A stretch of 62,575 nucleotides of DNA, filler included, from Aduncisulcus paluster (Eukaryota): NCBI GenBank assembly GCA_024181965.1. It is 7 parts of 7 records of this genome, joined end to end, with 100 filler letters (N's around TTAATTAATTAA, not from the genome) between each part and the next. Parts side by side here need not be neighbours in the genome. Positions count along the whole stretch, not along the records: positions 16,262 to 28,730 come from BQXS01010018.1; positions 28,831 to 35,274 come from BQXS01010020.1; positions 35,375 to 46,623 come from BQXS01010021.1; 4 more parts are not named here. One strand, 5' to 3'. Positions 23,301 through 35,993 of the stretch are shown piece after piece (positions within the stretch are counted from its first letter, which is position 1; every line of letters begins with the position of its first letter). The notes beneath the pieces were generated by a model. That model was not told where the DNA came from. It ran no database searches and saw only the letters and a program-made list of their open reading frames with translations. Made by a program: the position numbers and the translations under genes.

Positions 23301-26300
23301 CTATCAATCGTGTTCTTGGATGGATAGCTATCAATGGTAAGGAGGACGAAGCCTCTTCTTCACTTAATGAAAGGCTATTCTTCAGAGCACCTGCTGCCTT
23401 TCCCATGAGTCGATGACGGACTGCATTCGATGTGACAGCACGATAACTTTCTACATTGACAGAATCAAAGTTCCAGAAGACCAATAAGCCCATCTCAGCA
23501 GTGTTTTGGAGAGTTAATGTCCTCGTGGCCGTACAACCGACAGAAACACCGGTAAACGATAATAAAGGTGGTGCGTTAGATGTTGCAGGCATCAACAGAG
23601 AAGCAAGAGATGGAGATACATCCAATTGATGTGATGATGAAGAAGCAATGCCTTCAGAAGGCGAGGAATCTTTACCAAACAGATTAGAAGTTGGCATTCC
23701 AGTCGAAGATTGGAGATCACCTGGCATAATTGATGTTCCATCACCTTCTTTCTTCTCTCCTCCGGCTTCCTGCTCTTGCATTCTCACTGTCTCAGCCTCG
23801 ATAATCTTCTGCATATCGCCTCTTTGCTCTTCTTCATCAAGCAGATTGTCAACAAGCTTTACAAGAGCATTGTCCTCAAAGTTACCTGAATCTCCGAGAG
23901 AACCAGACGTGTTTGAGGGAGCTAAAGTAGAATCCTTGTTCTTGGCTTTGCCACCATTCTTCTTCTTATGTTCAATTCCAAATTGATTATTATTGTTATT
24001 GCCCTTCTTTTCACCATCACAGTGAACTCTGACACCAACTTTATGGCCTTCACAGACACAAACAATGCCTATAACTCCTTCAGTGCCGCTCTCAGCAAGA
24101 GCTATGACACGTTCTTTTCCTTCACGACGCATCTCTCGAGAAGCCAAAACCTTCAATTCTTCTTCACCATACGTACTTCCACTTTCTTCATCGAGGATTT
24201 CTGCCATTTTCTGCTCTTGAACTTCCTCAAAATGGTGACAATCGAGCATTTGAGTGTCTTGGCGATCCATTCGACAATCAATTAAAAACCTACAACTCGT
24301 TTTACCTTCATATGAAGCTCTAAAGCATACGAATATCATTTGAGAACGTTTGGGTGGAACTACACCGATCTTTGGATATATATCAAATTGAGGGGATGTA
24401 ATTTCAGCTCTGGGATCGAAATTCTTCTTGAAACCATGGCAGAAAGGTCCACCGTCATCCACTTTAATGGCTTTAAATAACATTGGTGCACCACCTTCAT
24501 TTGATAGCATGAATACTCTTCCAGTTATCATCCCGACAGTAACACTAGGAATCCTTATCAAGGAAGAGAAAGCAGATGATTGAGTATCTTTGCGTCCTTC
24601 AACAAAGTCAATGTGAGGGGCAGGAACAAAGGCAGCCTCGTCCAAAGTCACAGTACTGCCACATGTGTCCAGACTGAGTGTAACAGGTGTTGGAGGAACA
24701 GTCCTTGGGAATTGGAGGTAATGTTGGGAACACGAGGGGAAACAGGAAGCTTTAAGGGAAGAGAAGAAGCAGACCTGATCCTGCATTGGGGCAAAAGATA
24801 CGACGAATATAGTAGATGTCTTGGGTGAGATCTGTCCTATTTGTGGAGACACTGAGAAAGACATCGATCCGTGACGCAGAGGGATCTTCCTTGAACCTAC
24901 AGATCCAGCACCAGATCTGCGATGTTGTTGGACCATGCGAGAAGTGGAAGAAGCTAAAGAAGGAGATAAAGAATTATCGAGTCCATCGATCATCTCTTTT
25001 TCTGCAGCTCTTTCGGTTGATGAATCTGGCTTGCTGGCAAACCATTCAACTGTCCAGGGGGTCAACGTATTGTTCCGAATTTCTACTTCAACTTGCTGAA
25101 CACGACCGGCCTTACATTGACCGAAATCGATAAAAGAATGCGATATTTCAATGCTTTGACATCCAGAACTTAATGGATCCTCATTTGATGAACTTAAAAG
25201 GGTTGAAATGGAATGCAAAAGAGAGATTCTTCTTGCTTCAATCACATCGAATAGATCAGATATCTCCACTTTATCATTTCCACTTGCAATATGAGACTGT
25301 GCCAATGTACTTACTTGTTTACCATAGGGAACAACTCCACCTTCTCTTCCATCTCTTCCTTCTCTTCCTTCTCTGCCTTCGCTTCCTAAATATTCTTCTT
25401 GTTCTTCTCCATCTCCAAGGATTCTTGCTGAAGTGGTTGAGTGTTTGTCATGATCTTCCTCAGAACTCATAAGATTCATAATAACATTGACCAACTCAAC
25501 AGCATACGAATCAGGAATATCTTCCCCAACCCCACAAGCACCTTTAGCAGCTCTCTCGGATACGCTATTATTGTGTGCATCAGTTGGAGAAGGTTTCGAA
25601 GCCATTCCAACATTTGTTGCCAATCGACTACTTCGCCCCATCCCGCTTCGAACAGAAGATAACGGAACCAATGAATCTTCGTGGGTTATACCATCGCTAA
25701 CAACACATTCATTAAGAACTCTTTGTGCAGCTTCGAGTGCAGAAATGGACAAGGGACCAGCTGGATCTGGACAATAGTCAGGTCTGAATGGTGACCTTAA
25801 TGGAGTGGGGACAGAAGAAGGAGAGAGAGGATAGGATAGAATAGGTTCTTGACCAATGACAGCTCCATCCTCATCCGTGTCAGCATCACGAGAACTGAAA
25901 CGATGATCCTTGGCCAATCGTTGGAGAACCCATGGTTTCAACAAGGTATTCACATCATATTGTCTACGAAGCCTCCTCCAAGTTATCAAATGTTCAAGGC
26001 TGACGGGTGGGGGTCTAGCCATAGAAAGGGGAAGAGAAGAAGAGCTACTTTCACGAATACCGCTGATAACTTTACCATACGTATCACTACTGGAACTGGC
26101 AGCACCAGAAGTGGAACCTGAGTCATCGTCTTGGGAAGAACTCGACGAGGTTGATGATCCTTTCTGGCCAGTGCTTTTACCGGTACCGACCGCCTCTAAC
26201 CGTCTCGGTGTCATGCCTGGAACAAGCAAGAACATAACAGTGTGGTGTATTGAGGCAGTGGGAGGTCTGAAGGAGAATGTTACGGGTGTTATCAGAGAGG

Positions 26301-27931
26301 GTGGTACTGTCCCTCTTGTTAAACTCATAGAGAAAGGAGCTGTAGGCAACGTAGGCGGTGTAATAATAGGGTTGTTTGAAGGAGAAGAGGATAAATCCAT
26401 ATCTGGGGAAGATAGAGACGGAGTCACAGAGCTATCACCACAGATAATCTGGAATGGAGCGGCTGTTGATGATCTGTTAATCAATTTAAGGGTAACATGC
26501 CGCGATGAGCCCATAGAAATGGCTCCAAAGTCAACATATTTGTGAGAAAAGATGACATCAAATACTTCTCCAATTCCACTGATCGAGATTGAGGAGGAAG
26601 CGGCACTCATTGAGAACACAGTGAGAGTGTCTGTAAGAGATCCAGGCACCGATGGAGAGAAAAATACCTCAAGCTTCGTGGATTCATTTGGCAATAGATG
26701 CACAATTGATGGAAACACTCGGAAAGCAGTGTTGGAAAGCTCAGTCTCTGAAACATAGGACTCCACAGATGATTTATGATTCTGAAGGCCCGAATACCAT
26801 TCTAAATGTGACGGATGTATGGATATTTGTGGTAAATAATCTTCAAATGGACCCCCAAGACGGAGGCCAAGATCAGAGTCATTGTCCATGGGGATAAGGT
26901 CTGATTGGAACTCTTCCAGTTGGGGAGGAGTGCCCATAACAGCATAAAAGGTGGCTGGGACTTCAGAATGGTTGTGTAGAGTGATGGATTTGGATATAGA
27001 ACGACCGATCATAACACTACCAACATCAAGGGAGGACAGGACTTGTTGAGATGGTGAGAGAGAACTATCTGTGGCAGGAAGAGTGAGAGAAACGCCATCA
27101 ATGGGTGGAAGAGCGTCTTTGCGAAGGAGAGAATCTGATTTCTTCCGTCTTGTTTTGCCAAACATAGTTCTAGTTTGGGGCAATATATCAGATGTGATGA
27201 CAGGGAAAGGATATTTACCAAGACCCTGAAATGGGACTTCTTTCGTTACTTCTTCTTCTCCTTCAGCCACCATAATGCATATGGCGGTGCCTTTATAAAG
27301 GGCAGCATCTGGAGGGTGGAAATATACATCTAATTTAAATTTCTCTCCAGCTTTAACCATTCCAGTGGCAGGAATGATCCAAAAGGGCGCCGATGTCCGC
27401 CATTCAAACTCAAAATCTACAGTCCCAGTATTGTGAAGTGTTTCATGCATTATTGAAGTCTCACTGACAACCTTTTGAGTAAAATCAAATATTTTAGGCA
27501 ATTCATAACGTAAATCTGGCAATTTTGCCACTAAATTAACTGTAAATGAGAAATCCATAGGTTCGACAAAAAACTCAACCGGTAATATTATTTCTCGGCG
27601 TTGCGTTGGAACATATGATATTTCAAAGTCATGATATATGCCCGGAGGCAGAAGAACAGGATCGGGAAAGGGGGTTCCGAAGTCAGATGTTATTGGAAGT
27701 CTAAAATTTAGGGTTAGAGTTTGGGTCGATATATTTTTCACCCTTAATTTTTTTGTTTCTTTGGATCCTGGTAATCTTAAGTTGAATATATTGTAAAAAG
27801 ATAGATAACAAAGAAAAAAATGAATAAATGTACAAATCACAAAAAAAATGTATAATTTTTGGGTAAGATGCTGGAAAAACATACATATTGTACCATAGGA
27901 TCTGGTCTTTTGCCTCAATAGGGCTTTGCAT
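17395..27931 (-). CDS. CFAP65: Cilia- and flagella-associated protein 65-like (multiple ASH/Ig-like domains), ~3400 aa
   Basis: With intron 27884-27776 (GTATGT...TTAAG, 109 nt), the N-terminus reads MQSPIEAKDQILWYNILPGSKETKKLRVKNISTQTLTLNFRLP..FPDPVLLPPG, CFAP65-like. Repeated ASH motifs (DFG..LxN..F.W), VERWAE and PVPL..QQLIVRNNG blocks. Artefactual duplication at gap 20415-20434. An additional upstream exon is possible. Confidence 0.75.
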
Positions 27932-28174
27932 CTATCAAAAAATAGATCTCCTATCCAAATGTGGAATTTGTTGATTATTTGCATAAAAACACAATAAAAA
28001 TTTATTTATATGGTTAATAAATAACATGAACAAAATATAATTCAATTTTACTTGACTATATCACGTGGAAAACGAAAGAATTGTGGCACGTTCGCGAGAT
28101 CGAAAATAGGCACACATCGATTTTTCGGGGTTTTTTAACAAAGGAAGGTTTTCAACTACCGTAATCCGTCAATT

Positions 28175-28582
28175 ATGACGTTAACTGTTGGTTCGGAACG
28201 AGGCGTTTCCCTCGACCCCTACAAAGGTTTAGAACTCGAAAATATCAACAATATTATTTTATTTAACTTTTTGCTTAAAATTCTAGGTATAAATTCTGAC
28301 GATGCAAAGCGAATTTATAACCTAGACGAAGAAACATTTCGTAACTTTTATATACATGACTCAACAAGTACAAAAACAACTCTCTCAACTGTGGATTGGA
28401 CTAGAAGTACCGATGAAGAAGTTTATTCCGACACTACTATGCTCCCTACACTCCCAGCACCCAAATGGCAACTTTTGTTGAAAAAGATGGAGGAAAATCC
28501 AAAGGTAAGTTACTTTTGGCACAACCTGAGACAACAATTTGGATGGAAGACGTCTATAGCGGATGCTCGTGAAAAACTTTGA
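28175..28582 (+). CDS. Hypothetical protein divergent from CFAP65; likely in-frame 60-nt intron 28227-28286
   Basis: ATG 28175; AT-rich GTTTAG...TTCTAG segment; possible further donor GTAAGT at 28504. Confidence 0.45.
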   Translation: MTLTVGSERGVSLDPYKGLELENINNIILFNFLLKILGINSDDAKRIYNLDEETFRNFYIHDSTSTKTTLSTVDWTRSTDEEVYSDTTMLPTLPAPKWQLLLKKMEENPKVSYFWHNLRQQFGWKTSIADAREKL

Positions 28583-28830
28583 AAGATTTATTTATAGGAC
28601 GTAACAGGTTCTCGCTAAATTTTTAAACACTAGGATTTTACGATAAATTGTTTCAGTAAAATTGGGTTTAATTTGCGAGATTTTTGGGTGTTTTTTGGCT
28701 GAAAGAACTAAAAGCTTAGGTGACTACCCTNNNNNNNNNNNNNNNNNNNNNNNNNNNNNNNNNNNNNNNNNNNNTTAATTAATTAANNNNNNNNNNNNNN
28801 NNNNNNNNNNNNNNNNNNNNNNNNNNNNNN

Positions 28831-28914
28831 GCAGGTGCCCAATACCCTGGAATGCCAAGTGCTCCTGGAATGCCAAGTGCTCCAGATCTTGGAGATGATG
28901 ACCTGTATGCTTAA
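28831..28914 (+). CDS. CDC48: C-terminal tail of CDC48/p97 (VCP), 5'-partial at contig start
   Basis: Reads AGAQYPGMPSAPGMPSAPDLGDDDLYA*; DDDLYx* is the p97/Cdc48 C-terminal HbYX/PUB-binding motif. 18-bp tandem duplication inside. Confidence 0.65.
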   Translation, partial: AGAQYPGMPSAPGMPSAPDLGDDDLYA

Positions 28915-29124
28915 TCTTCAAAGGATCATTTATTATTCAGTATCTCGCATGTGATTTATTACGAAATACCAATAAAGTTCTTATAATTTTCACAAATAAC
29001 TGGGATATGATGTATTATTTTATGTTAAACTTGTCTATTTATACTCTATGCAAGTTATTCTGAATCAAAATGAGAATCCGTCTTTTTTTTGTTTCAAGAA
29101 GCAAGAGTATACAAAGGAATACAT

Positions 29125-29820
29125 ATGGATCCTAAATATATTCCAAGATTAAGTAAGTTTTGTTGCTTTGTTTTGAGACATAAAGGTAGGATTATGGGTT
29201 TAGACATTGATGGCGCTGGTTTTGTTGATTTAAAGAGTTTGACGGATTTATGTAACAAAGAATCCCATGTTGCCAAGAAAACTCCAGTTACTGAGGATAT
29301 TCTTAGAGAGATGGTGTCTACCTGTGAGAAAAAAAGATATGAACTAATTGATGATCCAGAGACATCCCGATCCTTTATTCGATGTGTTCAAGGTCATTCA
29401 ATGGATGTTCCACTTTTATGTCCAACTATTTTAGTTTCTGGAGAGGATTCAGATCCGCTTGAAGGTGAAGTTGCTGGTGAGAAATTTAAAAATGTCAATC
29501 ATCCTGAATTTTCTGGAGAGATCTTCCACGCTACTTCAATGAAGAATGCTAAATTGATCTTTTCTAGTGGATTTATTAAACCAATGTCCAGAAAATATGT
29601 TCATATGGCCAGAGGAGATCCTTGTGACCTTGATATCAAAGTTGGTTTGAGACAGTGGATGCAAATAGCGTTAATTATTGATTTGCCTGAGTTAATTAAA
29701 CATTGCCGTTGTTTTGAAGCTAAAAATGGGGTAATTTTGTGTGAAAGTCCGATTCCAGTTTCATGTATCAAGAAAATCATTAATCGTAAATCAAAAGGGG
29801 AAATAACTGATTTAAAATGA
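29125..29820 (+). CDS. TPT1: tRNA/RNA 2'-phosphotransferase Tpt1/KptA
   Basis: RLSKF..VLRH, GLDIDGAGFVDL, KKRYEL, IRCVQGHS, FHATS, IKPMSRKYVHM, NGVIL; catalytic R-H-R-R set present; first ATG at 29125. Confidence 0.92.
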   Translation: MDPKYIPRLSKFCCFVLRHKGRIMGLDIDGAGFVDLKSLTDLCNKESHVAKKTPVTEDILREMVSTCEKKRYELIDDPETSRSFIRCVQGHSMDVPLLCPTILVSGEDSDPLEGEVAGEKFKNVNHPEFSGEIFHATSMKNAKLIFSSGFIKPMSRKYVHMARGDPCDLDIKVGLRQWMQIALIIDLPELIKHCRCFEAKNGVILCESPIPVSCIKKIINRKSKGEITDLK

Positions 29821-30072
29821 AAAACGAGAACAAAAAATGGGCTCTGTACTCTGACAGAGCGCTGATCTTGAATTGACTGACGTACAAGTTCAAACTATTC
29901 TTCTGAATTTTACTAAAATTATTATAGTATAATAATCTAGTATAATCTCGGAAGAAATAGCATGTAGTATCTTGAAAATACATTTTGAAGAGATCGAAAA
30001 TCAATTAATTCCAGTAAAATTATGCTGGAGACCATGTCAACAATAAAAAAAATATCATAAACGAACATGGAA

Positions 30073-30560
30073 CTTCATTGGACTAGGTGATGGGAAATGG
30101 ATGGAAAGATGGGATAAGTATACGAAACCTTCCCCTTTTAACAATCATCCTTGAGATCTCTAACATCTTCAAGATGGAGAATAAGAAATCCTCTGTTTCA
30201 TACATGCATGACAGTCCTTAAGGGACAAGATTGGAGAAGAGAAGAGTGACAATTTCATTGCCACGAGATCTTCCGAGTTGACATACATGAAATCGAGCAT
30301 TGTAAAAGGTGCGATAATTCCTTTTCTGGTATTCCAAAGCATCACGATCAGGAGGGAGAGAGTGTATAGTAGAGTATAGTACAGTATAGAATGGATGAGG
30401 AGGCACTGTCTGAACCTGGGATTGTATCTCCACAAAAAACACCAGTGTCCATGAAAACACCTGCATCTGGAAGGAGGAAGTGATTATATGCAGAGCGAGA
30501 AGCGGAGGAAGAGCTTTGGTTTTATCAGCTTGGAGCTATTGACGGAGAGATTGTTACTGA
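30073..30560 (-). pseudogene. Heavily decayed PIPRD/PIPRD-kinase family relics
   Basis: 30073-30145 minus encodes LKGEGFVYLSHLSIHFPSPSPMK (cf. 33040-33110). Near 30510-30535, SKLIKPK resembles the pre-kinase linker STKLIKPN. Confidence 0.5.
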
Positions 30561-32043
30561 GTGAGGTGAGGAGATAATCTCTCATTGAACGAGAGAATGA
30601 CAAGACATTGGAGTTACATGACTAGATCGTTACATCTTTCGAAATTTCTATGGCATGAAGACGAAGTTCTTCAACAAGATTCAGAAGAGTCTGTTTTAAT
30701 CTTTTCTCTGCTCTCCTTTTCTTTTAGTTATTCTTTCCTAAATGGTTTGGTTTAGCACCAAACGAACAAGAAATCAGAATCGATGTAGATAAATGGAGTG
30801 TTTGGATTATCTTCGGAAACAGCTGAATTGGACAATATCTCATCTCATATATCCAGTGAATTATGCTGCTCTAAGAGATGGAGTGTCCAACATCACCATA
30901 GTTGAGTCAACAACATAAAGCAGGATTATTACATCACTTGGAAAAGAAACTAAGGATTCACTAACTCTCAACAGAGAATTTGAAACAAAAAAAAAAACTA
31001 AAACAAATGATATTGCAAAATGTGTGTGTGACCACAGCAACCAATTTCAGTCCCACCCTAATGACCCGTCACAAACTTTCCTAATATATACTTTATTCCG
31101 CATTGGGTGATTTGGAACAATACGAACACCATAAATCTTTATTAGAATATGCTAATCACAATTGAATAAACCCCCCCAAAGTCAAAATCAAACAAGCTCT
31201 GGAGGGGGAAAACCAGGAATCAAACAAGTATAGTCATCTAGCAGGGAATTCACAACATTCACAGATTACAACTACAACTTATCATCAAACAATAAAACTT
31301 TACAATGCAATATGTGAACAAAACTCGGGACTTAGGAAACGATTGTGTCAGGAGTGGAATGACAAGATTGATATCCAATATATGTTAGAAAGAAAACATT
31401 TATATTTTTTAATCGATATATTCTGCAATGTCATCTTGCATTGTTATTATACAGAGTTTTGAATTCTAAAACTTCATTTCTTCCCGTTGTAAAAGAAATA
31501 TTGAAAATATTGTATGTCATAATTTTTCGTTAGTTAGATATTAACTTCTTGTCAATCCATAATCACCCTGTTTTATTCACTGGTTCTCTCGCTGGCTGTT
31601 CTTTTTTGTTCTTGTCGTCATTTCCTCCTTGAAACTCACTAAATTGTTCGATGATTGTGGTGACATTCTTTGTTAAANNNNNNNNNNNNNNNNNNNNGAA
31701 AGAAAACATTTATATTTTTTAATCGATATATTCTGCAATGTCATCTTGCATTGTTATTATACAGAGTTTTGAATTCTAAAACTTCATTTCTTCCCGTTGT
31801 AAAAGAAATATTGAAAATATTGTATGTCATAATTTTTCGTTAGTTAGATATTAACTTCTTGTCAATCCATAATCACCCTGTTTTATTCACTGGTTCTCTC
31901 GCTGGCTGTTCTTTTTTGTTCTTGTCGTCATTTCCTCCTTGAAACTCACTTCATGTTCGATGATTGTGGTGACATTCTTTGTTAAAATTATCATATTATT
32001 TTTATTATTGTTCGTGTTCTCATCATAGACATTTTAGAACACA

Positions 32044-35000
32044 ATGGATCCAAAATCAAGCTCAGAAAGTGGCCAAGATATTGTATGTTTCTGAAAGTTT
32101 TCGAATTTATACATATTATGATGTTTGACATAATTAATTTGAAAAATAATGCCCATATTGCTTTAATAACCCCTTTTCTCTTTCGGGTGTTTTTTATTGC
32201 TTTATTTCCACCAAAATCTCAATTAATTTATTAGATTCAAGAAGTTAAGCCAGAGTTTATTCATGAAGGTGACGAATCTAGCTCTCCAATTCCTCGAGAT
32301 TCCCCAAATGTTAAGAGTCCTGATATAACTGTTATTGAAGCCAAGAATAGGACCAAGGAAGAAGGTGATGAAGAATATGATCAGAGTTCTGCAGCACAAA
32401 AGATGATGAAGGGAGAGTATTATTGGGGAGAATTTACAGATATCTCCCTTCCTTTCTCCACATCAACTCCCATTAAAGGTGCTTATATTTGTATTCGAGG
32501 AAAATTAATTCGTTATTCACCCTCACACCTTATCTTCTCTTTAACATCTTCAAAGGGGGAGAAAATGGTTAAAAAATATGAATTTTCTGAATTAGAAAAA
32601 ACAAGCTGGTTCTTTCTCCCTATTGATCTCTCTGATGTTGTTCTGTGTGAGATTAAAGGGAAAGGGAGAAAGAAAGAGTCTTTTGAAGATGAAGAGTATT
32701 TTGAAGATGAAGAGTCTTTTAAAATCGACTCCCTTGTTTTCATTAGTAGAAAAGCCCCTGAAGAAATCAAAGTTCGTGAAGCCAGAGAGAAACTATGGTC
32801 TGAAGCTCAAGTTGTAAAATCTGTGTTTGTTCAGGAAGGAGATTATGATTCTTTGCTCCTGTTGTGAAAGCATAGTTTGTTAAGGAAGGAGATGAAGAAT
32901 CTGAAGGTAGAGATTCTATTCCCATTCCACGAGATGATCCAAAGCTTGTTGATCCTTCATTCTCAATGGTTAAGTGCAAGGATGATTCGAAAAGTAAGGA
33001 ATCTGAGGAGTTTGATCAGAGTTCAGATGCACAAAGAATGTTAAAAGGGGATTGGTTTGTTCGATTATCCCATCTTTCCATCCCTTTCCCATCACCTAGT
33101 CCAATGAAAGGTGCTTATATCTGTGTGAATGAGTATTCCAGTTCACCCTCTCTTCTCTTTACTTTCACTGATTGTGATGGTAAGAAGACATTCAAGAAGT
33201 ATGAATTCACAGAACATGAACCTGAACATAGATATGAATGGCACTTCCTTCCTATTGATTTGGATAATGTTGCATTGTGTGAGATTGAAGGGAAAGGAAC
33301 GTGGGAAGAGGAGAATAGTCGATATTTTGCGATCCATTCTTTAGTTTTCCTCAAACAACGTATTTTATTGGGAACAGTTGAATATATCTATGAGGGAGAC
33401 TTTTCACGCATTCCAATCCCTCGAGATGATCCAACATTTATCAGTCCAGATTTTACTGCAATGAATGCAAGAGAGAAAACGGAAAATGAAACTGATTCCG
33501 AGTATAGTAGCTCTGATGATGAAAGTGATTACCACGATTTTGATAATGAGAGACAAATCTATGATGCTGATATGAGCGATTCTAAACAAGCGATGATGAA
33601 AGGAGAGGGTGTTAGTTTTGCTGATTCTGAGTTTTCTCATATTTCCATTCCTTTCAAATCATCAACATCTATAAAATGTGCTCATATCTGTGTATCTTAT
33701 GATGAGTATTTTCCATATTTATCTCTTATATTCACATTCACTTCTTCAAATGGAAGCAAAATATCATATTTATATGAATTTGATCATAGTGAGTTTGTTG
33801 AAGTTACAGATCGTTGGTTTGAGCTTTCAATTGATCTCTCTGATGTTATTTCATGTGATATCAAAGGAGAAATCAAAGGAGACCAAGACAAATGGGAGAA
33901 TTTTTATATTTCTTCCCTTGCTTTTTATCGAGAAGAAACTGATGATGAAGAGATTGATCGAGAAGAAAAAGAATTATTATTTAAAAAACAGTGGAAAGGA
34001 GTTGAATCGATAAAACCTAAATTCATTAAGGAAGCATCTATAGATTCTATTCCCATTCCACGTGATGATCCATCAATCATAAAGCCTTCATTCTCAGATG
34101 TTACATGTAAGAATGAAGTATGTTGTAAGGAATCTGAGAAGTATGATCAGAGCTTAGATGCACAAAAAATGTTAAAGGGGGAAGGGGGCATAGTTTTCTC
34201 CCATCTTTCTATCCCTTTTCAATCACTTAATTCAATTAAAGGTGCATATATTTCTGTTCCTAAAGATTTTCTCCCTGCTCTTCTCTTCACTTTCACTCTT
34301 TCAAATGGAAAGAAGATATCCAAGAAGTATGAATTCACAGAAGATCTACAAAAATCTAAATATTACTTCTTTCTTCCTATTGAGCTTCCAAAGGTTGTTT
34401 TATGTGAGATTCAGGGAGAAGGATCATGGGAATATGAGAATGGTCGTCGAAGTTTTCAAATAACCTCCCTCATTTTCATTAAAGGTGAAGAGATTCCTCC
34501 CCTTCCTTCAGATTCCACAAAGCTTATCAAACCAAACTCTTTCACTCTCACTTCCTCTGCAACCATGACTCCTCAGTGCATCATTGGTCATGGTGGATTT
34601 GGTGAAGTTCTTCTTGTTAAAGTTGAAGGTATTCCTATTCCTTGTGTTCTGAAGAAAATGCTCCATGAAGCTGATGAAAGGGTTGTTAACGGATGTCAAA
34701 AGGAGTTCAAGATGCAACGAAAGTTATTTAACAACCCCAAATGTTTCAATCGTATCCCTCGTCCTTTGTATATCCTTGACCTGCTTGATGCAGATATGAA
34801 AGGTGTGTATGGATTTATCATGGAATATTGTGCTGGAGGTAGTGTGAGTGCATTTGCTAGAAGTTGGTGTGATGATGGCAAGTATGTGAGTGATATTGGT
34901 GATGCTGATGATAGTGAAGATTCTGATTCATCTTGTATTTCTGATTCTGACTCCAAGTATAATATTGGCACAACTCATTTTGATCCCATGACACTAAATC

Positions 35001-35274
35001 CTGTGAAAGTATGTTCTCTCTGTGTTGGCATGATTGAGTGTCTTGATGATGTGTTTAGAGCAAAGAAAGACCTTGTCCATCGAGATGTCAAACCTGATAA
35101 CTTCCTTGTTCGTGTTGATCCCAAAGATGGAGAATGTACAGTTGTTCTCTCTGATCTTGGAATGGTCCAAGTCTTAGATTCTATCACATCATCTGTAACT
35201 TCCAAGAGTTATATTCCTTCCTCTTCTTCCACCAAACAAGAAAAACGACTTTCACAACCTAAACCCTCTGCGTG
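32044..35274 (+). CDS. Four PIPRD domains plus Ser/Thr protein kinase; 3'-partial; disrupted (or spliced) at 32814-32875
   Basis: Exon 1 32044-32082 (MDPKSSSESGQDI), intron 32083-32234 (GTATGT...TTAG), then IQEVKPEFIHEGD. Four domain copies, then kinase motifs IGHGGFGEV, VLKKM, MEYC, HRDVKPDNFL, SDLG. No signal peptide or TM. Confidence 0.8.
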
Positions 35275-35375
35275 NNNNNNNNNNNNNNNNNNNNNNNNNN
35301 NNNNNNNNNNNNNNNNNNTTAATTAATTAANNNNNNNNNNNNNNNNNNNNNNNNNNNNNNNNNNNNNNNNNNNNC

Positions 35376-35993
35376 CTTGACAAGTGTGACATCCACATTT
35401 TGTATTGGTTTATGCTCTGTTACAAATACATTCCATGGCCGAAAGAGAACCGAAGCACAAAGAGTATGATGTTGAAGCGTGGTCGTTGCGGATATTGCTT
35501 TAAGAAAGCTCGCAAGTTCTTTGGAAACCTTAATCGAGGTCTCCCTGGTTTCGTTCGTTCCGGAAGGTTTGCTTCTATTTGGAACCAGGCAGCCATGGGC
35601 AAGTCAGCTCGAGAGATTTACATGAATGAGTTTGTGAAGTGTGCAAAGACTCCAGCTCTCGGCACTGTCATGGAAGAGATCTTGAAGGAACTTGAGACCA
35701 TCCATGGAAAGAATCCCGTGACGTCCAAAATATCCGATTCGATGCTTATTCTTGATACTCCTTTGAGAGATATCGATGATGGATTGTACTTGAAAATGAA
35801 GCATGTGCTTGTTGTTGGCAAGAACATCACTCATCGGAAGAAATGGTATGTCAAATTCATGCGTGCGAAGGACATTGATGAGAAGACACGTGTGTATGAG
35901 ACATTGTGCTCCATGTCCGGTCTCACGGCACCTTCATCCCCTCCCGATGTTATTTTAGTGCCTGACGAGAAGGAAGATCACATCTCTGAATAA
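35376..35993 (+). CDS. Hypothetical basic protein, 5'-partial
   Basis: Open frame from the contig start (LDKCDIHILYW...) to TAA 35993; GC content higher than the flanks. Confidence 0.6.
   Translation, partial: LDKCDIHILYWFMLCYKYIPWPKENRSTKSMMLKRGRCGYCFKKARKFFGNLNRGLPGFVRSGRFASIWNQAAMGKSAREIYMNEFVKCAKTPALGTVMEEILKELETIHGKNPVTSKISDSMLILDTPLRDIDDGLYLKMKHVLVVGKNITHRKKWYVKFMRAKDIDEKTRVYETLCSMSGLTAPSSPPDVILVPDEKEDHISE

Noticed and set aside
27932-27984. ORF-track start of the 3529-aa protein (MQIINKF...FFVICTFIHFFLCYLSF)
   Set aside because: The hydrophobic stretch is read-through of a T-rich intron (27884-27776); the spliced start at 27931 fits CFAP65 better.
32873-32875. In-frame TAG as evidence for a TAR=Gln genetic code (as in hexamitid diplomonads)
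   Set aside because: Conserved genes here (RPE, TK, CDC48) end in TAA, and multi-kb ORFs contain no in-frame TAR; paralogues have Glu at this position.
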